Positions 59,201-64,000 of a DNA stretch of 64,000 bases are shown here, piece by piece (the first letter of the stretch is position 1; the number at the start of each line of letters is the position of its first letter). The notes under the pieces were generated by a model. That model did no database searches. It was given only the letters and a program-made list of their open reading frames with translations, and was not told where the DNA came from. Source of the DNA: Naegleria gruberi. Its lineage: Eukaryota. The stretch lies in assembly GCA_000004985.1 (NCBI GenBank), contig GG738864.1. One strand, 5' to 3'. The position numbers were made by a program, and so were the translations under genes.

Positions 59201-61022
59201 GTATCAGAAAAAAACAATTCATGATAATAATTGACTTGGAGATAGGTTGGAGAATTCAATTGAGCAGTAAGGGCATTAATATTGTCTCCATTGTAACCTT
59301 GTATTCCATTTCCTGCAATGGTTTGGATGATTCCAGATGTTATGTTGACAGCTCTAATTCTATGATTATTGGTATCGGCAACATAGAGCACATTATTATC
59401 CAAATAGATTCCAGTTGGAGAATTAAGCTTGGCCAATGTTGCTAAACCACCATCACCATCAAATCCAGAAGTTCCACATCCAGCAACACCAATTACCACA
59501 CCACTAGTTCTGTGAACCTTAATAATTCTATGATTTCCAGAATCAGAAATGTATACATAACTAGTTGTTGCAAAAATTCCCTTTGGAGAGTTTAGAACTA
59601 GTTGATCTTTGTGTTGCTGTAAAAGCCTGGATGCTGTTATTGGACCTGCAAACATTGTTGAAATGCTTCCATTATATTTGTGAATGAAACCCTTTGATGA
59701 GACAACATATAGATCACTGTTATTGGTTGAGACTGAAACTGGATTGAGAGCAAAAGGTTGATAGGTATCAATGAAATTCAACTCCTTCTCTGGGGCTATC
59801 ATTTCAAGTTTGTTGTTTGCTGAGATTTTTCGTACAGCTCCATAGTCAGAAACGTAAAGGTTTCCACTTTGCTGATCCAGAACTATTCCAGTTGGAGAAT
59901 GAAGTGTTGTCTCACTAGAATTGTATCCATCAATAAATGGACCAATAACAGCTCCATCATAATTAATAAACAAGATCAATGATATTGTTTCATCAATCAT
60001 TGAAATTTTTCTAATTGTTTTCAGTCCAAAATCGCTAACGTACATGAAACCATTATGAATACCAAAATACTGATTTATGGCAATGAATTCAGCATCACTT
60101 GCCTTTCCACCATCTCCAAAAGTGGTTGCTTCCAAACTAGCCTGTTTACCATTTCCAACAAATCTTGAAATATTTCCATTTCTCAAATCCATTTTCCTTA
60201 TTGTCGAAGAAAGCTCTTTAGTATCCACGTATAGCAAGTAATTATCCACTCTCAACAGTCCTGGATGAGTAAAATCTAAATTTTCTACCAACAGCTCTTC
60301 ACCATTATCAATGGTCCATCTACAAAGTGATTTCACATCAATATCTTTAAATTTGAAATAATAAACGACACCATCATCATCCACATAGACATCCAAAACA
60401 TTTGATGATGTTGAAATGTAGGTGCTGACAATACCATTCTCTACTTTTCTAATTGCATCATTATACCCATCTGCAATGTACATAATTCCATCTTTATCAA
60501 TGAACATTGAATAGATCCTAGTGTGTATGAAATGTGTTAGATAAAGAACAAATAATTGAACACATACCCATCAAAGAGAGCTTCTCTTGCATCTCCTCCA
60601 TCACCACTATATCCTGATTCATCTTTGATTCCGACAATTACTGTATAATTAGCCTCAACTTTTTCATTGATAATACTTATGGAAGTGGAATCGGAACAAT
60701 AAACAACACCACTTTTAACATTCACGTATAATGAACAAATGAATGGCTTCTTGAGGAGTGTCATCTTTTTTGATACTGCATCTATTTTAGCAATGAAACT
60801 ATCATCCACGGTATCACATTCAAAATAAATGTGTCCTTCATTAGTAACATGGACAGCTCCTAAACCACTGAATACATTCTGTTTGTGAGGTTTGGTTACA
60901 TCACTCAGTGAGTATTTTGGTGTTGTTTGACCAAAGGATTCCCTTAGTAGGAATTGTGTGAAAAAGCAACAAGCTAACAACACTAAGGCAATGACGGATT
61001 GGAAAGGAAGGTGTTGCTTCAT
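56213..61022 (-). CDS. receptor kinase C (paralog of A/B): signal peptide - NHL propeller repeats - EGF-like modules - TM - Ser/Thr kinase; ~1555 aa, 4 exons (61022..60568, 60517..58659, 58612..56671, 56624..56213)
   Basis: The signal peptide is MKQHLPFQSVIALVLLACCFF. Introns are 50, 46 and 46 nt with GTATGT, GTAAGT and GTAGAG donors. The exon junctions ...EALFDG|IYSMFIDKDG and ...IADSG|GNNRILES fall inside NHL repeats, and ...GTFYYM|SPESFG inside the kinase. NHL consensus examples are YVADTNNHRIRAV, FFSDTFNNRLRQI and ADSGNNRIRYV. EGF-like modules include CNNNGECLSPDLCQCYDSSRYTGFECEIPVCYG. The TM helix is LIGALIGVAVLVFCIGGSLFIIIGLF. Kinase motifs are LGSGGYGSVY, VAIKV, HRDLKPANIL, DFGLS and YMSPE. 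Confidence 0.8.
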
Positions 61023-61774
61023 ATTTTTTCTTCTTGTTCAACAAGTCTAATGAATGTTTGGTCAGTGCTAATAATTGGTTTTGCCTTTTCCAAGATTGGA
61101 GAATATATATGGAAATACTGTATTTTCCTTTACTGATCCTCTATTTTATATACAGGTAAAGATTATTATTAAGCAAAGAAATGTTCATAATATTGAATCA
61201 TTTTCAATACAACCCTTCAACTCTGTTTTGTCTGATTCTTTATTCACTATTACTACTCACTATATCACAATGAAATATAATGACGATGCATAACATTTCT
61301 AAGGAAAGTTTAAAAAATTTAGGAAACAAAGTGGCTTCACTTCTTCTCATCATTGTTGCTACCCTCATCAAACCTCAAAAGAGAGGAGGAATATTTCATG
61401 ATGAATAGAGGTACTCTAAGAGAATTAAGCTCTGAAACATTTATCAACTCACAAATGTCATCTCTTTAGTAAAACTTAAATTCGGAGCACAACAATTAAT
61501 CATAATAAATTAATACTCGGAGAAGATACACCAACAACAGATGAACTTAATTAACACTAGTGGAAGTTGGATGTAAACATTAGTATTACGCTAATTTCCT
61601 ATTCAACAATGGGACAATAATTGTGTGTTCCTTTAAGCATTCCTTCTTTTGAAATGTACACTGTCGAAAGTTGATCAAGTATTATCCTCCTACTTGTTGT
61701 AAAGACACAGTTCCTTAAATGAATTTAAGAGAATTTCCTCCTGTGACTCCAAATGGAGTTGACTTAAGTGGCAA

Positions 61775-61830
61775 ATGAAGCAACCTTTCACACAACTTGC
61801 TCACTCCATCGTAAATCAAAGTTTTTCTTC
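61775..61830 (-). pseudogene. short antisense footprint of a kinase catalytic-loop/DFG region (remnant of a further paralog)
   Basis: A 22-nt exact match tcacacaacttgctcactccat occurs with kinase C at ~56745-56766 on the plus strand. The minus-strand translation ...LIYDGVSKLCERLLH matches kinase C's DVHGVSKLCDFGLSRLL. It overlaps the first 18 codons of track ORF 61775..62800. Confidence 0.4.
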
Positions 61831-61840
61831 AACTTGGAAC

Positions 61841-62800
61841 ATGTCAAAAATTACGAAAAAAAATGCAAGACGATTGTCTCTCATTAATCACAATCCTTCC
61901 CTACAGCTGAACGATGCCTTGTTCGAAAAATTTAAAATTCATATGAGAAGTTATCGGAATTGTGTGCCATTTTCAATGAAGTTTGAAGAGATGAATAATA
62001 TCAAGTCGATCGAACATAAATTGCACTGTCCCTCCCAAGCCAAGATTTCTCACTCACACAATTGTTTGTGCATCTCTGATAATTTAGATTCTGAACTGAA
62101 ATTTTTTGATTTGATTACTCATGAATATTTAGGAGGCTTTCTTGTTGAAGGAGTGACTGGTTTGTTAATTGAAGAGAATTTTGATGATCAACAAAATGAT
62201 GCTATTTATTTTGGAAAGAATAAGTATACTTTCAAATATAGAGTGAAGGATTTAATGAGATTAGGATCAAGTGCTGATTGTATTTGGAAAATTGAAAGAA
62301 ATCATATGTATGGAATGGCAATTAGAACAATTGGAAATCAGAAACAATTATTCAGATATAGTGCTTCCCAAGGAGTTATGGATATTATAGATACTGTGAA
62401 TGGAAAGGTCATTAAAGAGTTGAAACTTGAAAAACTCGACAGAGTAATGGATATTATTTTCATCAATCCAAAAAGAATGCTTGTTGCTGAACTTTTTCAT
62501 AATGCATGTTTTATTTATGATGAAATGAACGAAAATGAATGGAAATTGATACAAACAATTGAAAAAGCAGAGAATATTTATTTTAGTCAACCATTAGGAT
62601 TGGCAATTGACAGAACAGGAGGGAAAATATTTCTTTCAGATTATGACATTAAGAGAATTGTTGTATTTAATGAGAGTTTAGATTTGATTGATTGTCATTA
62701 TCCAGAATCTCTGAATCCATTTCGTCTCGATTTTGATGAAACAACAGGATTACTCTATATTACTGATCAACAAGATGATTCCATTAGAATATTTAAATAG
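61841..62800 (+). CDS. soluble NHL-repeat beta-propeller protein (~320 aa) with a Cys/His-rich N-terminal segment (possibly B-box-like); no signal peptide or TM
   Basis: About 5-6 NHL-like blades are present, for example LGLAIDRTGGKIFLSDYDIKRIVVFNES and TGLLYITDQQDDSIRIFK. The start is moved from 61775 to the in-frame ATG at 61841 because the first codons overlap the kinase footprint. The parent of the degraded copy is at 42375-42790. Confidence 0.6.
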   Translation: MSKITKKNARRLSLINHNPSLQLNDALFEKFKIHMRSYRNCVPFSMKFEEMNNIKSIEHKLHCPSQAKISHSHNCLCISDNLDSELKFFDLITHEYLGGFLVEGVTGLLIEENFDDQQNDAIYFGKNKYTFKYRVKDLMRLGSSADCIWKIERNHMYGMAIRTIGNQKQLFRYSASQGVMDIIDTVNGKVIKELKLEKLDRVMDIIFINPKRMLVAELFHNACFIYDEMNENEWKLIQTIEKAENIYFSQPLGLAIDRTGGKIFLSDYDIKRIVVFNESLDLIDCHYPESLNPFRLDFDETTGLLYITDQQDDSIRIFK

Positions 62801-62875
62801 ATATGTCAATTTATTGTACCACTGGTAAAGTATCCACAGTTCCTTAAATGAAATTAAGAGAAGATTGAAATTTTA

Positions 62876-63964
62876 TTACAAGTTTCTTATTCCTAATGGA
62901 TCTGGATCTGGATTGACTAAACTTCCACATGAAGAAACACTTCCATAATTCTTGCATTGAGAAATGGTCATTGTTCTTTCGGTTGTTTCAGTCTTTCCTT
63001 CCATTCCAACAAATCTCATGTTATCCACCAAGAATTCGACATAATTAGTTTGATCTACCAAGTAGATGGTAATTCTTTGGATTAATTGAACAGGATCGAA
63101 ACTTAAAGACGAAACTGGAATTCTCACACGAGTTGCTCTGTTTCCATCGATTTTGTACAAGTGTTGGAAGTTGCTTGTGGTTGCAACGTATCTGCCAGCT
63201 TCTACCAATTTCGAATTATTGTAATAACTAAATACGAAACCAATACTTTGAATACTGTAAATTGGATTCGCAGTCTTGATGAATAATTCAAAGTATTTGT
63301 AAATGCTAGTGTCAACAAACAACTTTGGACCAATCTTGTTGAATGAAATATCGCCCTTTCTTAAACCAAAATGCAATGAAGTATTTCCACAAATTGCAGG
63401 ACTATAGGATACATTGAAGAATGAGTTTCTGACATCGGTTGGACTGTATGCAGTCAATGACCATTCTCCACTCAAAGCACTAGCTTCATTGTAAATGGAA
63501 ATAACGTGAGATGAATTTTTCACGTTAGGACTGTCACATGGTTTGACAGACGAAACCAAAGGAGGTAAATTACAACTTGTGGAAGTTCCATTACTTAAAT
63601 ATAATTGAGCCCTCAAATGACCATTTGGATTTTCACTAGTTGACAATTTTACAAACATTTTTCCCTGAAGCAAGTAATTCCACTCCTCGTAGGATAATTT
63701 ATATCCGAATCTACTTTGAGAATAGGGAACAGTCTTTGAAGTTGGAGTGGCAATGTAATCTTCCTTACCAGGTTGACCAAATCCAACATCCAAACTTGTT
63801 ACAATAGAACTCAAACTGTGTGGAACTGTAAAATCAAGTGAAGCTGCTTCTGTATCCAAGAAGGCAAACACTAATCCACCACCAACTGTTGATCCAGAGG
63901 CCAATGGTTGTATATTTGATTGCTGACAGGTTTCCAATCTACCAACAAATCGATCTTCTCTCAT
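62876..63964 (-). CDS. CHRD (chordin-like) domain protein, >=362 aa; 5' end may lie beyond the window
   Basis: KMFVKLSTSENPNGHLRAQL matches the CHRD hallmark LYVNVHTxxNPxGEIRGQL. The upstream part (GGGLVFAFLD...VGFGQPGKEDYIATP) fits the CHRD N-terminal half. The frame stays open to the Met at 63964, and sequence continues to 64000. Confidence 0.45.
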   Translation of the reverse strand: MREDRFVGRLETCQQSNIQPLASGSTVGGGLVFAFLDTEAASLDFTVPHSLSSIVTSLDVGFGQPGKEDYIATPTSKTVPYSQSRFGYKLSYEEWNYLLQGKMFVKLSTSENPNGHLRAQLYLSNGTSTSCNLPPLVSSVKPCDSPNVKNSSHVISIYNEASALSGEWSLTAYSPTDVRNSFFNVSYSPAICGNTSLHFGLRKGDISFNKIGPKLFVDTSIYKYFELFIKTANPIYSIQSIGFVFSYYNNSKLVEAGRYVATTSNFQHLYKIDGNRATRVRIPVSSLSFDPVQLIQRITIYLVDQTNYVEFLVDNMRFVGMEGKTETTERTMTISQCKNYGSVSSCGSLVNPDPDPLGIRNL

Positions 63965-64000
63965 GAGTGCCTTGTAGGTAGCTCCAGGATTCTTTGGATT

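Noticed and set aside
61775-61840. ATG at 61775 as the true start of the NHL-propeller gene (MKQPFTQLAHS...)
   Set aside because: These codons coincide with an antisense kinase-domain footprint, a 22-nt identity to kinase C. The in-frame ATG at 61841 is the safer start.
1-64000. Prokaryotic-type features (CRISPR arrays, operons, rRNA, prophage)
   Set aside because: None were seen. Spliceosomal introns, a eukaryotic tRNA with a Pol III T-run terminator and eukaryotic-only families (EML, SLC4, MBOAT) show this is nuclear eukaryotic DNA.

Overview
This is AT-rich (roughly one-third GC) eukaryotic nuclear DNA, gene-dense, with about 30 protein-coding genes on both strands, one tRNA-Glu(UUC) and one MITE-like transposon. 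Spliceosomal introns are unusually short, mostly 40-52 nt with two outliers of ~124 nt, with GTAAGT/GTATGT/GTAGGT donors, YAG/AAG acceptors and a frequent TCTAAT-like branch motif. Many six-frame ORFs in the track are actually exons of the same gene. I re-joined them where protein homology fixes the splice: EML, MBOAT, dCTP pyrophosphatase, ACC-deaminase-like, gene D, the cyclase-like receptor and the three kinases. Recognisable genes are an SLC4/BOR-type anion transporter, a leishmanolysin (M8) peptidase, an EML/EMAP WD40 protein, a Zn2Cys6-PAS transcription factor, an MBOAT lysophospholipid acyltransferase, a serine racemase-like PLP enzyme, a DCTPP1-like MazG pyrophosphatase, an ACC-deaminase/D-Cys-desulfhydrase-like PLP enzyme, a two-TM receptor with a degenerate class-III cyclase domain, and a secreted, extremely Lys/Cys-rich repeat protein. 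The standout is 42.8-64 kb. It holds a tandem array of three paralogous minus-strand genes of about 1400-1555 aa, each predicted to be a type-I receptor kinase. Each has a signal peptide, a very long array of NHL-type beta-propeller repeats, 4-5 EGF-like cysteine modules, a TM helix and a Ser/Thr (TKL-like, HRDLKPxN) kinase. Around the array sit a soluble NHL-propeller gene, a degraded partial copy of that gene next to kinase A, an antisense kinase-domain footprint and a CHRD-domain gene. This looks like a birth-and-death receptor family that, to my knowledge, is not described. Lineage is unresolved. Fungal-type signals (Zn2Cys6 factor, CTAAT-like branch sites, CT-rich promoter tract, short introns) sit beside a protist-like repertoire (leishmanolysin, EML, receptor kinases and cyclase). 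Coordinate caveat: gene ends follow the ORF track. Splice junctions were read by eye and may be off by 1-2 nt, and in several places my reading disagreed with the track by one base.
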